Assembly: GCF_006345805.1 (NCBI RefSeq)
Contig: NC_043023.1
Span: forward strand, 6,882,001 to 6,946,000
From: Octopus sinensis
Taxonomy: Eukaryota
Length of the DNA stretch: 64,000 bases
Direction: 5' to 3'
Positions 11,205 to 24,429 of this stretch are shown here, piece after piece. The notes under the pieces were generated by a model that saw only the letters and a program-made list of their open reading frames with translations, searched no databases and was not told the origin of the DNA. How positions within the stretch are numbered: position 1 is the stretch's first letter; each line of letters begins with the position of its first letter. The translations under genes were made by a program, and so were the position numbers.

Positions 11205-12262
11205 TGATGATGGTGATGGTGGTGGTGGTGGTGGTTGTAACAATTGTGATGGTAGTGGCGGTGGTGGTGGTGGTGGTGGTGGTGTTGTGGTGATGGTGAT
11301 GGTGGTGCTGTTGTTGTTGTTGGTGGTGGTAGTGGCAGTAGTGGTAGTGGTTGTGATGGTAGTGGTGGTGGCGGTGGTGGCAGTTGTGGTGGTAGTGATG
11401 GTAATGAAGGCAGCGGTGTTGTGGTGGTGGTCATGATGATGATAGTGGTGGAGATGGTGATGGCAACAGGTGGAATGGTGGTAGTGGTAGCAGTGGTGGT
11501 TGAGGTGGACAATGGTTGGTTGTTTGGCCTACTGGATTGTTGGTTGGTTAGATCAAAATTTACCACTACCACCACCACCACCACTACCACCACCACCACC
11601 ACCACCACTACCACCACCACCACCGCCATCATACCACCATGACTATTACTATCACCGCCACCACCACCACCACCAAAACTCTCACTACCTCCACCATCTT
11701 CACAATGGTAAATATCACCAACCACCACCTCTACCATGACCACCACCATCACAACTACTATCACCACTACAACCAGCAACAGCAGCAGCCCGACCACCAC
11801 TCCTATAACCATCCTTTCAATGACAATTACAATAACCACCACCACAACCACCACCACAACCGCCGCCGCCACCACCACCACCACAACCACCACCACCACA
11901 CCCACAACCACCGCCACCACCACCACCACCACAACCACAACCACCGCCACCACCACCACAACCACCACCACAACCGCCGCCGCCACCACCACCACCACAA
12001 CCACCACCACAACTGCCGCCGCCACCACCACAACCACCACCACCACCACCACAACCGCCGCCGCCACCACCACCACAACCACCACCACCACACCCACAAC
12101 CACCACCACCACAACCACAACCACCGCCACCACCACCACCAACAGCACCACCACCACCACCTCACAAGGATCAACACACATTCGGGCTGGTCAGATCTAG
12201 GATTAATGAATGAAGTGGTCCTGGCTGTGGTGGTGGCCATGGTGGTGGTGGCAGTGGGGTAG
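11205..12262. repeat. Degenerate (GGT)n / (ACC)n trinucleotide blocks in alternating orientation
   Basis: GGT-rich 11205-11510, ACC-rich 11560-12165, GGT-rich 12225-12260; source of the poly-V/T/H/W ORFs. Confidence 0.9.
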
Positions 12263-12528
12263 GAGTTGTATGAAAAAATGTCACGTTTCTGAGGACATGT
12301 CAACATAGGCTGATTGACTCCCTACACTAAGATAGATATATATGTATGTGTGTGTGTGTGTGTGTGTTAGTTTATAGACTGGTATGTATATAATATGATG
12401 ATTATGATGACGACGATAATATACTGAGACACAGAGTGTATATACTCCCTATATTTGTTTCTATATTGTAAATGTTTTGCCCCAATACAAACAAAAATTA
12501 TATTAATTACTAACACATGCATACCACC

Positions 12529-12564
<36 letters not shown>

Positions 12565-12981
12565 CTTTACTCATTACTCTTTTACTCTTTTACTTGTTTC
12601 AGTCATTTGACTGTGGCCATGCTGGAGCACCGCCTTTAGTCGATCAAATCGACCCCGGAACTTATTCTTTGTAAGCCCAGTACTTATTCTATCGGTCTCT
12701 TTTGCCGAACCGCTAATGGCGGGGACGTAGACACACCAGCATCGGTTGTCAAGTAATGCTAGGGAGACAAACACAGACACACAAACACACACACATATAT
12801 ATATATATATACATATATACGACAGGCTTCTTTCAGTTTCCGTCTACCAAATCCACTCACAAGGCATTGGTCGGCCGGGGCTATAGCAGAAGACACTTGC
12901 CCAAGATACCACGCAGTGGGACTGAACCCGCAACCATGTGGTTGGTTAGCAAGCTACTTACCACACAGCCACTGCTGCGCC

Positions 12982-12982
<1 letters not shown>
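12565..12982 (-). mobile_element. S1 SINE
   Basis: Reverse complement of 10611-10993, full length. Confidence 0.85.
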
Positions 12983-13058
<76 letters not shown>

Positions 13059-13069
13059 GTATGTATATA

Positions 13070-13146
<77 letters not shown>

Positions 13147-13149
13147 CAT

Positions 13150-13200
<51 letters not shown>

Positions 13201-13340
13201 GTATGTATGAAAATCCGGGTTTTATATGCACTAAGTCACTTGGTGTTAAATGGATGTACTATTAAATTAGTATACAACTTTCTCACCCTCATTAGTTTAT
13301 ATATATATGTGTGTATATATATAATTACATATATTTATAC

Positions 13341-13373
<33 letters not shown>

Positions 13374-13573
13374 TATATAATATATTTATTTATACATATA
13401 TATATACATATATTTATACATATGTACATATATATATTGATAGAAATGATAAGACAACAAAAGAAGAGACCTCGATATTATGTAAATAGAGGAAATTTAT
13501 CAGTAAATGTAATATGTGACAATTATTCGGTAGCCATGTATATATTTATATATATACACACATACATATATAC

Positions 13574-13621
<48 letters not shown>

Positions 13622-14030
13622 TGATGATGATGAATGAATATATATATATACAAGATTAGAAAATGGAGAAATACATCTAAATCAAATATCAATTACCAGA
13701 TAATACTCAATCACATACTTTATTAAACCACCACATAAGAGACTGTAGGGTTATCTCAATTTGTATATATATATATATATATATATATACTTATATGTGT
13801 ATATATTTGCATATATGTGTATATATATATGGGTGTGTGTATATGTATACAAACATATATATATATGTATATGTAGACATATATATATATATATACATAT
13901 ATATACACACATATATATATACACATATATACATTGTGTATACATCTATATGTATACATTCACATGCACACACATATATGACACATACATGTATGTATGT
14001 GTGTATGTGTTGATAATAAATAAATGTACA
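12983..14030. repeat. (TA)n / (TATG)n microsatellite field
   Basis: Long AT dinucleotide runs; yields the YIYI ORFs. Confidence 0.95.
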
Positions 14031-14284
14031 CACCCAAACTATAAACTATTATATTCGAAATGTTTGTCCCTATACAAACATAAACACAATATAAGATGTC
14101 TGGTTACATATGTTTGTCTCTGTGACCATCATCATCACCATCATCATCATCACTGTCATTGTCATTTTTAATGTCCGCTTTCCCATGTTTGAATGGGGTC
14201 AGACTCAGATAAACAAGCATGTGTAATAATTCTAATAATTCTCACGCACACAGAAAGGGTGAGAAGAGGATGGAGAAAGTTCAG

Positions 14285-14481
14285 ACAGCTGTTATCTTTT
14301 TTAGTATTAAATGATTTCTCTCATGGTATGAAAGCCGGTCCCTCGTCGTTTCCTCGGTGAGGCCCAGCATCTGGAGATCCTTTCTTACCACTTCGTCCCA
14401 CATCTTCCTGGGTCTACCCCTTTTACAGGTACCCTTCACAATCAGAGCTTGGCACTTTTTTACGCAGCAGTCCTCATCCAT
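14285..14481 (-). mobile_element. RTE-clade LINE 3' coding fragment
   Basis: CVKKCQALIVKGTCKRGRPRKMWDEVVRKDLQMLGLTEE, a typical RTE ORF C-terminus. Confidence 0.75.
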
Positions 14482-15605
14482 GTAGCGATACTTTTTTACT
14501 TGTTTCAGTCATTTGACTGCGGCCATGCTGGAGCACCACCTTTAATCGAGCAACTCGAACCCAGGACTTATTCATTTGTAAGCCCAGTACTTATTCTATC
14601 GGTCTTTTTTGCCGAACCGCTAAGTTACGGGGACATAAACACACCAGCATCGGTTGTCAAGCAATGGTAGGGGGACAAACACAGACACACAAACATAAAT
14701 ACACACACATATATACATATATACGATGGGCTTCTTTTTGGCAAAGGGACCGATAGAATAAGTACTGGGCTTACAAAAAGAATAAGTCCTGTGGTCGAGT
14801 TGCTCGATTAAAGGCGGTGCTCCAGCATAGCCGCAGTCAAATGATTGAAACAAGTAAAAGACTAAAAGAGAGCATCTCTTGTTGCTCTGCAATCACTGAC
14901 GCATGGCACACTGTGCCACTGTTCAGACGATGTCAATTTGATGGAGGGAGTGAGCTAATGTACGGCACATACATTTGTTCATTATAAACAAATCATTTTT
15001 GGAGGCTGTTTGGCAAAAAGCAGAACACACATATGTTATCTTTGACGGGAGAGTTCATTTTAATATATATATATGTATATATTGTCACTTCATTGGCACC
15101 TGTGCTGGTGGCACATGTAAAAAGATTTGAGCGAGGTCATTGCCAGTACCGCCTGACTGGCCCCCGTGCCAATGGCACGTAAAAAGCACCCACTACACTC
15201 TCAGAGTGGTTGGCATTAGGAAGGGCATCCAGCTATAGAAACACTGCCAGATCAAGATTGGAGCCTGTTGCAGCCATCTGGTTCGCCAGACCTCAGTCAA
15301 AATCATCCAACCCACGCTAGCATGGAAAGCAGACGTTAAACGATGATGAGGATGATATATATATGTGTTGTGTGTTTGTCCCCCCAACATCGCTTGACAA
15401 CCGATGCTGGTGTGTTTACGTCCCCATAACTTAGCAGTTCGGCAAAAGAGACCGAGAGAATAAGTACTAGGCTTACAAAGAAGAAGTCCTAGCGCCGATT
15501 TGATTCGACTAAAGGCAGTGCTCCAGCATGGCCGCAGTCAAATGACTGAAACAAATAAAAGAGTAAAGAGTAAAAGAGTATATGTCAAATGTCCAAGTTA
15601 TTTAA

Positions 15606-15824
15606 CCCTTTTGTTACTGTATTTATTTTGAGATGCTCTGTGTTTCTTTCAATTACTTAAAATATAACAAAGAATTTAGTGAAATAACTTAGTTATCATT
15701 CAGCTAGTGTTAGGAACATAAATTGTGACTGAGGTTTGTGGAAGATTTTTATTCAAAACTTATGAAAACAAGACATTTGTACTCAGAACCAGAGGCAGTT
15801 TCAGCTGGGTTGGTATCAAAAGGG
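15606..15824. mobile_element. piggyBac-like MITE
   Basis: TTAA|CCCTTTTGTTAC ... GTATCAAAAGGG|TTAA. Further copies at 15856-16076 and 17330-17543; half-copies near 25120-25183 and 49560-49666. Confidence 0.8.
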
Positions 15825-16266
15825 TTAAGAATTGTTTCTCTATTATATATTTTAAGCCTTTCATTACTGTATTTATTTTGAGATGCTCTGTGTTTCTTTT
15901 AATTAATTTTAAATATAACAAAGAATTTAGTAAAATAACTTAGTTATCATTCAGCTAGTGTTAGGAACATAAATTGTGACTAAGGTTTGGTGGAAGATTT
16001 TTATTCAAAACTTATGAAAACAAGACATTTGTACTCAGAACCAGAGGCAGTTTCAGCCGGGTTGGTAACGAAAGGGTTAAAGTAAAGCAGATTGGAATCA
16101 ATATTACATGTGTGGATACTTTTATCATTTCTCAAAATTTTCTCTTTGGAATCGAGAGATGTGGAGTGAGGGAGACAGAGGAGGCTGGGGGCAGAAAAAT
16201 AAAGTACAAGACAGGGATGAGGGAGATGAGAGAAAAATGATGAGTTTCTTAGGTCTGGTTAATATT

Positions 16267-16488
16267 ACTCTTTACTCTTACTCTTTTACTTGTTTCAGTC
16301 ATTTTGACTGTGGCCATGCTGGAGCACCGCCTTTAGTCGAGCAAATCGACCCTAGGACTTATTCTTTGTAAGCCTAGTACTTATTCTATCGGTCTCTTTT
16401 GCTGAACCGCTAAGTTACGGGGACGTAAACACACCAGCATCGGTTGTCAAGAAATGCTAGGGAGACAAACACAGACACACAAACACAC

Positions 16489-16529
<41 letters not shown>

Positions 16530-16693
16530 TATGACAGGCTTCTTTTAGTTTCCGTCAACCAAATCCACTCACAAGGCTTTGGTCGGCCCGAGGCTATAGC
16601 CGAAGACACTTGCCCAAGATGCCACGCAGTGGGACTGAACCTGGAACCATGTGGTTGGTAAACAAACTACTTACCACAGCCACTCCTGCGCCT
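16267..16693 (-). mobile_element. S1 SINE
   Basis: Full-length reverse copy. Confidence 0.85.
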
Positions 16694-16911
16694 ATTACAG
16701 GTATTATTGTTATTATTTTCATCATCATCATCATTATTATTTTTAAAGATTACTACATGTATTTCTTAACATTTGACATGCTTTGGAGGTCAGACAAAAT
16801 TTACTCTTAATAACCCCACTTCCCCCATTCTTATTTAATTTAAATGGTTTGCAAACGTGTCTCAGTAAGTGAAAATATTTCATGTAGAAAACAAAAAAAT
16901 AGACTCTCTAA

Positions 16912-17313
16912 TCTCTCTATATATAAAGCTGAAGTTGTCTGTGTATGGCAGGTTTGGTCGCCTTCAACTAACACTATCTCCTCCGAGACCCTGCAGCACA
17001 AGTTGACCAAAATTGAGAGTATGATAGAAGAAGGCTTGCTCTTCCTACCGTAGAAGAAAAAATTCAAATCGGACCATGTTAACACCAAAAATTATTTACA
17101 TCAAAAAGGTACTTTTTTTTTTGTAGGAAAATCCCTATTTTTTACGATTTTTTTCACTGCTGTGTCGTCATTTTTCGGTGTATTTCAACCAGAAAAATGT
17201 TCACTTAAAGAGAATAACAAGCTACATAATGCAAAATTTTTACTTTTCAAAAATTCCAATTCTAAAGGGTCGAAAAGAAAACAAGCCCAAGTAACGCTGG
17301 GCTATACTGCTAG
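16912..17313 (+). mobile_element. Non-autonomous Helitron-like element (second family), monomer
   Basis: TCtctctatatataaagctg ... cccaagtaacgctggg hairpin ... CTAG; same family as the tandem array at 19275-20840. Confidence 0.75.
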
Positions 17314-17857
17314 TAGTATGTAAATTTAACCCTTTCGTTACTGTATTTCTGTTGAGATGCTCTGTGTTTCTTTCGATTACTTTAAATATAACAAAGAATT
17401 TAGTAATTTAGTTATCATTCAGCTAGTGTTAGGAACATAAATTGTGACTAAGGTTTGGTGGAAGATTTTAATTCAAAACTTACGGAAACAAGACATTTCT
17501 ACTCAAAGCCAGAGCCAGTTCAGCAGGGTTGGTACCAAAAGGATTAAGTTCACAATCTTATTTATTCTGAAATCAGATTTGTTTCAACATTCTGTACATC
17601 ACAATCTTGCTTTCACAACTAAAAAGCAGTCTAACACACAATCTATTGGCCTAGTTTCCAGTTTAAGATTCAAGACTGCAACAGACATAATCACGAAATA
17701 TTAAAAGTACAATAACTTTTCATGCTTGATTAGTTTATGTGGCTGTTATTCATATTTTTCTCTACCATTGTGCAAAATTTCATGTAGTGAATCGTGGTAG
17801 TCACAAAAACACAAAACCAGAGCAATTTTAGATGTCTGCATCCCGGTCTATATATAT

Positions 17858-18287
17858 GGTTCTTGGTCTCAAGCATTTGCCTTAAGAAGAAAGGCTGAAG
17901 ACGCTCGACCTTTATTCTCTCGATAAACGACGACGCTGTGGTGATCTCATTCTTGCTCACAACATCATAAGTGGAAAGTGTAACCTCTCGAAAGAGCTGT
18001 TCTTCACTCCTGCTCCAGAGCGTTGGCTGCGGGGTCACTCCGAAAAGCTCTATCTGCGACGATTTCATCTCAATCGAAGGAGAAGGGCTTTCTCCGTCCG
18101 GGTTGCGGATCCGTGGAATAAGCTGCCGGACGAGATAGTGAAGATGCCGACGACCGCTCGGTTCAAAGTCTCTCTTGACCAGAAATGGCCAGAACTCTTT
18201 ATATGGTCACCCTCCCTGTGCATAACTCCATGTCCTCCTACATGGCCTTGCTTTTGCTTTTTGGGCCAAAAAATTAACTTAACTTAA
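17858..18287 (+). mobile_element. CR1-clade LINE 3' end
   Basis: LKTLDLYSLDKRRRCGDLILAHNII..LRGHSEKL..FSVRVADPWNKLPDEIV; (TTAAC)n tail. Confidence 0.85.
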
Positions 18288-18610
18288 TTATTGCTGTGGG
18301 CATTATGCACAACTTGGGAGCAATTTCTCACCAACCTCCACTGTCTTCAGTAGTCTGCATGCAACATCAATATCTCATGCACTTATTTGTGCATCTTGGT
18401 GTTTGTGACACTAAAGGACAAGTTTGCTGAATAGTTGAGGTCTAATCTTCTTGCGTCCATAGTACATTTTGAGCTCCACTGGAAGGATTTCAAATGCTAT
18501 CTTCCTGGCCTTTGGAATAGCAATCTTGGGAGGCTAGTGCTCTGCTCAGCTGGTGGGGTACTGAATAATGATGCCATTGGTATTATGTGTAGTACCCTTA
18601 TGTGTAGTAA

Positions 18611-19025
18611 GGTGGCGAGCTGGCAGAAACGTTGGCACACCAGGTGAAATGCTTACCGGTATTTCATCTGCCGCTATGTTCTGAGTTCAAATTCCACCGA
18701 GGTTGACTTTGCCTTTCATCCTTCCGGGGTTGATTAAATAAGTACCAGTTACGCACTGGGATCAATATAATTGACTTAATCCCTTTGTCTGTCCTTGTTT
18801 GTCCTCTCTGTGTTTAGCCGCTTGTGAGTAGTAAAGAAATAGGTATTTTGTCTGCTGCTACGTTCTGAGTTCAAATTCTGCTGAGGTCGACTTTGCCTTT
18901 CATCCTTTTGGGGTCGATAAATTAAGTACCAGTTGAATACTGGGGTCGACGTAATCGACTTAATCCATTTGTCTGTCCTTGTTTGTCCTCTCTGTGTTTA
19001 GCCCCTTGTGGGTAATAAAGAAATA
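18611..19025 (+). mobile_element. S2 SINE dimer (full unit plus 5'-truncated unit) with 21-bp TSD
   Basis: Central gcctttcatcc(tt)cggggtcgataaattaagtacc domain (Nin/Inv-domain-like, from memory); TSD ggtattatgtgtagtaccctt at 18579-18599 and 19026-19046. Confidence 0.85.
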
Positions 19026-19274
19026 GGTATTATGTGTAGTACCCTTCCTGTTGACAGTTTCCTTGCTAAAGTCATTATTGCTATAAACAAGAGTGATGAA
19101 GATGGGCTCAACTCTAGGAGGAAGTATCCAATTACCCAGCACGAGCTGACATTTGGCAAGAGCAGTATCATGAGTAAGTACAATGAATGCCGATACGTTG
19201 TGGCCAAGCCATTCAAGGTGCCAATTAGTTTTGCTGACCCAGTTAGGTGTCTCACAGACATTCCTAGTGCATTA

Positions 19275-20840
19275 TCTCTCTATATATAAAGCTGAAGTTG
19301 TCTGTGTATGGCAGGTTTGGTAGCCTTCAACTAACACTATCTCCTCCGAGACCCTGCGGTGCAAGTTGACCAAAATTGAGATAATGATAGAAGAAGGCTT
19401 ATCTGTCATTTCGTAGAAGAAAAAATTCAAATCGGACCATGTTAACACCAAAAATTATTTACATTAAAAAGGTGCTTTTTTTCTATGAAAATCCCTATTT
19501 TTTAACGATTTTTTCACAGCTGTGTCGTCATTTTTCGGTGTATTTCAACCTGAAAAATGTTCACTTAAAAAGAATAACAAGCTACATAATGCAAAATTTT
19601 TACTTTTCAAAAATTCCAATTCTAAAGGGTCAAAACAAACCCGAGCAACGCCGGGCGATACTGCTAGTACATATATATATATATAAAGCTGAAGTTGTCT
19701 GTGTATGGCAGGTTTGGTAGCCTTCAACTAACACTATCTCCTCTGAGACCCTGCAGCGCAAATTGACCAAAATTAAGAGTATGATAGAAGAAGGCTTGCT
19801 CTTCCTTCCGTAGAAGAAAAAATTCAAATCGGACCATGTTAACACCAAATATTATTTACATAAAAAGGTGCTTTTTTTCTCTGATAATCCCTATTTTTTA
19901 CGATTGTTTGACTGCTGTGTCGTCATTTTTCGGTGTATTTCAACCAGAAAAATGTTCACTTAAAGAGAATAACAAGCTACATAATGCAAAATTTTTACTT
20001 TTCAAAAATTCCAATTCTAAAGGTTCTAAACAAACCTGAGCAACACCAGGCGATACTGCTAGTATATATATAAAGCTGAAGTTGTCTGTGTATGGCAGGT
20101 TTGGTAGCCTTCAACTAACACTATCTCCTCTGAGACCCTGCAGCACAAATTGACCAAAATTAAGAGTATGATAGAAGAAGGCTTGCTCTTCCTTCCGTAG
20201 AAGATAAAATTCAAATCAGACCATGTTAACACCAAAAATTATTTACATGAAAAAGGTGCTTTTTTTCTATAAAAATCCTTATTTTTTAACGATTTTTTCA
20301 CTGCTGTGTCGTCATTTTTCGGTGCATTTCAACCAGAAAAATGTTCACTTAAAGAGAATAACAAGCTACATGAGGCAACATTTTTACTCTTCAAAAATTC
20401 CAATTCTAAAGGGTCGAAACAAACCCGAGCAATACCAGGCGATACTGCTAGTATATACAAAAAGCTGAAGTTGTCTGTGTGTGGCAGGTTTGGTAGCCTT
20501 CAACTAACACCATCTCCTCCGAGACCCTGTGGCGCAAGTTAACCAAAATTGAGAGTATGATAGAAGAAGGCTTGCTCTTCCTTCTATAGAAGATAAAATT
20601 CAAATCAGACCATGTTAACACCAAAAATTATTTACATCAAAAACGTGCTTTTTTTTCTATGAAAATCCCTATTTTTTACGATTTTTTCACTGCTGTGTCG
20701 TCATTTTTCGGTGCATTTCAACCAGAAAAATGTTCACTTAAAGAGAATAACAGGCTACATAATGCAAAATTTTTACTTTTCAAAAATTCCAATTCTAAAG
20801 GGTCGAAACAAACTCGAGCAACGCCGGGCGATACTTCTAG
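19275..20840 (+). mobile_element. Four head-to-tail Helitron-like units of ~390 bp
   Basis: Units end in hairpin plus CTAG at 19667, 20062, 20451 and 20840; only the first has the 5' TC end. Confidence 0.85.
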
Positions 20841-22204
20841 TGCTTTGATAAAACACATCTACTGGCAGGGTCACCAAGTAACTTGCAAGACAAAGATTCT
20901 TTCCAAGGGGTGAGGAGCATTGGAGGAGGTGGCCTTGTGTCAGGGGATGAGAGGTTTGAGTATGACAGAGGGATAGAAACAGGGGTCTTGCTATAGAGGA
21001 GGTACATGGTTACCCAGAGGGACTGAGAGAGAGAGGGAGAGTGGAAGGGAGCACGAGGGTGTGAGTGCAAGAGAGAGATGGTGATGAAGTGCTAGGGTAC
21101 ACCCTTAAGGTACAGGGATTAGAATATAAATGGGATGGTAGAGTATTGCCAAGGGTACTTGAGTGGGGAGTAGGGACTTCACATGAATGCAAAGAGTGTT
21201 GGGGAAGGGGATTGCAGTGACTTGTGAAATGTGGGGATATATTAGAGGTAGGGGACAACAGGATAACAATGATACTGTGAGTAGGGCAGTGAGGACAGGA
21301 TTGGGGAGTGAGAGATAAATGTAAGCATATCATCATCATCATAGTTTAAAATCCACTTTCCATGCTAGCATGGGTTGGACGATTTTGACAGGGCTGGCGA
21401 ACCAAATGGCTGCACCAGGCCCCAATCTTGATCTGGCAGTGTTTCTAATGCCAACCACTCCGAGAGTGTAGTGGGTGCTTTTTACGTGCCACCGGCACTA
21501 TATATATATATATATAAATATATGTACATATACATACATATATATATACATACATATATACACATACATATATATATACATACATACATACACGCACACA
21601 AACGGAAAAGAGGAACAGTGAGAAAGAGGAGCTGTAGTTTTGGTTTGTTGGGGTAGGATGGAACATACAGTACTCCCAAAACTTTCTAGGGTTATAGGAG
21701 AAGACACTTACCTAAGTGTCCTTTTCTATAACATTTATCTCTCACTCCCTAATCCTGTCCTCACTGCCCTGCTCACTGTATCATTGTTATCCTGTTGTCC
21801 CCTACCTCTCATATATCCCCACATTTCACAAGTCACTGCATTCCCCATCTCCAACACTCTTTGCATTCATGTGAAGTCCCTACTCCCCACACAAGTAAGT
21901 TCAAGAAAACACTAACCTAAGGTGCTGCACAGTGGGACTGAACCCAAAACCACATGGTTGTGAAGCAAACTTCTTAACCACACAGCCATACCTGCACCTT
22001 AGGTATGGACAAACACAGACACAAAGACACACACAAGACAGGCTTCTTTCAGTTTCCGTCTACCAAATCCACTCACAAAGCTTTGGTTGGCCCAAGGACA
22101 TAGCTGAAGACACTTGCCCAAGGTGCCATGCAGTGGGACTGAACTTAGACCCATGTGGTTGGGAAGCAAGCTTCTTACCACACAGCCATGTATGCGCTTA
22201 TATA

Positions 22205-22640
22205 TCATCATTTAATGTCCACTGTCCATGCTGGCATGGGATGGAAGGTTTGACCAGAGCTGGAAAGCTATGGGGCTGCACCAGGCATCAGTCTGATTTG
22301 ACATGGTTTCTATGGCCGGATGCCCTTCCTAACTCCAACCACTTTACAGAGTGTGATGGGTGCTTTTACAAGGCACTGCAAGCGTGCTTTTACATGTTGT
22401 TGCACAGGTACTTTTACATGACACTGCATGGACACTTTTATGTGGCACCGACACGAGCGCTTTACACCACCAGAAGGATCACTCTTAACACTTCTGCCAC
22501 AGAGTATGGGTCTTCTTGAGTACAGCAATGTGCCGTGTATCTTGGTCCTTTGTCATCTCACCTGAAAGGTTCAGATTCCTGAGGTCATTCTTCAGTACTT
22601 GATCCCATGTCTTCCTGGGGCTCCCACTTCCACATACTCC
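22205..22640 (-). mobile_element. RTE-clade LINE 3' end (ORF end plus 3' UTR)
   Basis: GSPRKTWDQVLKNDLRNLNLSGEMTKDQD followed by the gagtggttgg.gttaggaagggcatcc UTR and a (GAT)n tail. Confidence 0.75.
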
Positions 22641-22834
22641 ATCTACTTCGAGAGATCAGCACTTCTTTACACACATATATACATCTATGCATGAATATAT
22701 ATATATATATATATATATGTGTATATATTAAATGTAGGATAAAATTTTTTTGAAAAAAAATTTTTATCAATTGCCAGCATATTAAAACATACCCTTAAAG
22801 GTTAAATTTATAAACAACTAATAAATAAGGGCCC

Positions 22835-23040
22835 TTATTTATTAGTTGCCATGATAGATTGTTAGCTCCTACATGCATTTTTTTCTCTCCTTGTTTTTTT
22901 CTGTGTATCTTTCTGTCAAAGAGCGTAGGCTCGAAACGTAAGAGACTTTTTCTATTCCTGATCGCTATACTAATACATTTGTTTCTTTGTACTCCACCTG
23001 CCTTCGTCTTTTGTTTATTTTCATAAACTTTCCCTTTATA
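22835..23040 (+). mobile_element. Probable Penelope-like pseudo-LTR with a degenerate hammerhead motif
   Basis: tcttt CTGTCAAA GAGC gtag GCTC GAAAC GTA agaga at 22908-22945; similar tail at 10545-10600. Confidence 0.45.
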
Positions 23041-23339
23041 TATATATGTGTGTGTGTATATGTATGGATATACATATATATATGTAAAAAAATGCAAAAT
23101 GTGACAAGAATGCAAAACGTCCGGACAACTAGGTGATACAAAAATGAGACAACAAAACATCCAGATAAAAGATACAAAGAAACCAAGGACGGGTCATTCG
23201 AAGCCCTCTATCCTCAGTCAAGAACCAGATTATCCTCGCAATTTCGGCTGATTATTCTTGAGATTGCTCCAATCTGGCTAGCCCCGAGGAAAAACTAATC
23301 TAAGAGCATTAGATTCCTTGGAAAAAAGCATTGAATGTA

Positions 23340-23736
23340 TACTCTTCTCTTTTACTTGTTTCAGTCATTTGATTGTGGCCATGCTGGAGCACCGCCTTTA
23401 GTCGAGCAACTCGATCCCGGGACTTATTCTTTTTGTAAGCCCAGTACTTATTCTATCGGTCTCTTTTGCCAAACCGCTAAGTAACGGGAACATAAACACA
23501 CCAGCATCGGTTGTCAAGCAATGCTAGGGGGACAAAGACAGACACACACACACATATATATATACATATATACGACGGGCTTCTTTCAGTTTCCGTCTAC
23601 CAAATCCACTCACAAGGCTTTGGTCTTCCCGAGGCTATAGTAGAAGACACTTGCTCAAGGTGCTACGCAGTGGGACTGAACCCGGAACCGTGTGGTTGGT
23701 AAGCAAGCTACTTACCACACAGCCATTCCTGCGCCT
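23340..23736 (-). mobile_element. S1 SINE
   Basis: Full-length reverse copy. Confidence 0.85.
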
Positions 23737-24429
23737 ACGAAAACAAGGACGGAAAAACAGCTACACATTCAAATATACCCACATATATACACAAGCACAT
23801 ATATATTATTCCTAGACCTGTACTTTATCCAGGTGTCAGTGACTTCCTCTACGCATAATTTTCTCACACTCAGAGGAATCGGTAATTAAAACGCTCCTTG
23901 TAATTATAATTCTGTAGCAGGAAGTTCCGTTCCAATTGATTGGTTTGTCTTGGCCGTGTTGTGATTATAGTGGTCAGCTGGTCAAACTGGTTCGGTTGGC
24001 CTGGCCTCATTATTTGCCCTGTCTATGGACAGAGATAATGGTCTGTACTGGATATTCATTTCTAAGTAATGGCATTAAGGTCAAAGATACTTTGAATAAA
24101 CACAGTGTTTGTTATATAAATAGAGAAACATTGATATACATACATATATATACACACACACAGAATATATATATATATATATATGTTTGTGTGCATGCAT
24201 TTATATATATATGTGTGTGGGGGGTGTAGGAGTGGCTGTGTGGAAAGTAGTTTGCTTACCAACCATATGGTTCCGGGTTCAGTTCCACTGCGTGGCACCT
24301 TGGGCAAGTGTCTTCTACTACAAATCTTACCACTCTGCTGAACTGCTATGTGACGGGGACATAAGCACACCAGCATCAATTGTCAAGCGATGTTGGGGGG
24401 ACAAACACAGACACACACACACATATATA

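Noticed and set aside
11201-12306. Long poly-Thr/His/Val/Trp ORFs resembling mucins or His-rich proteins
   Set aside because: They are open in several frames on both strands because of trinucleotide repeats; there is no splice or domain evidence.
18290-19260. Host coding exon on the minus strand
   Set aside because: Stops and frameshifts in all frames; weak resemblance to a decayed RTE RT region (KAPG.DSI-like), split by a SINE.
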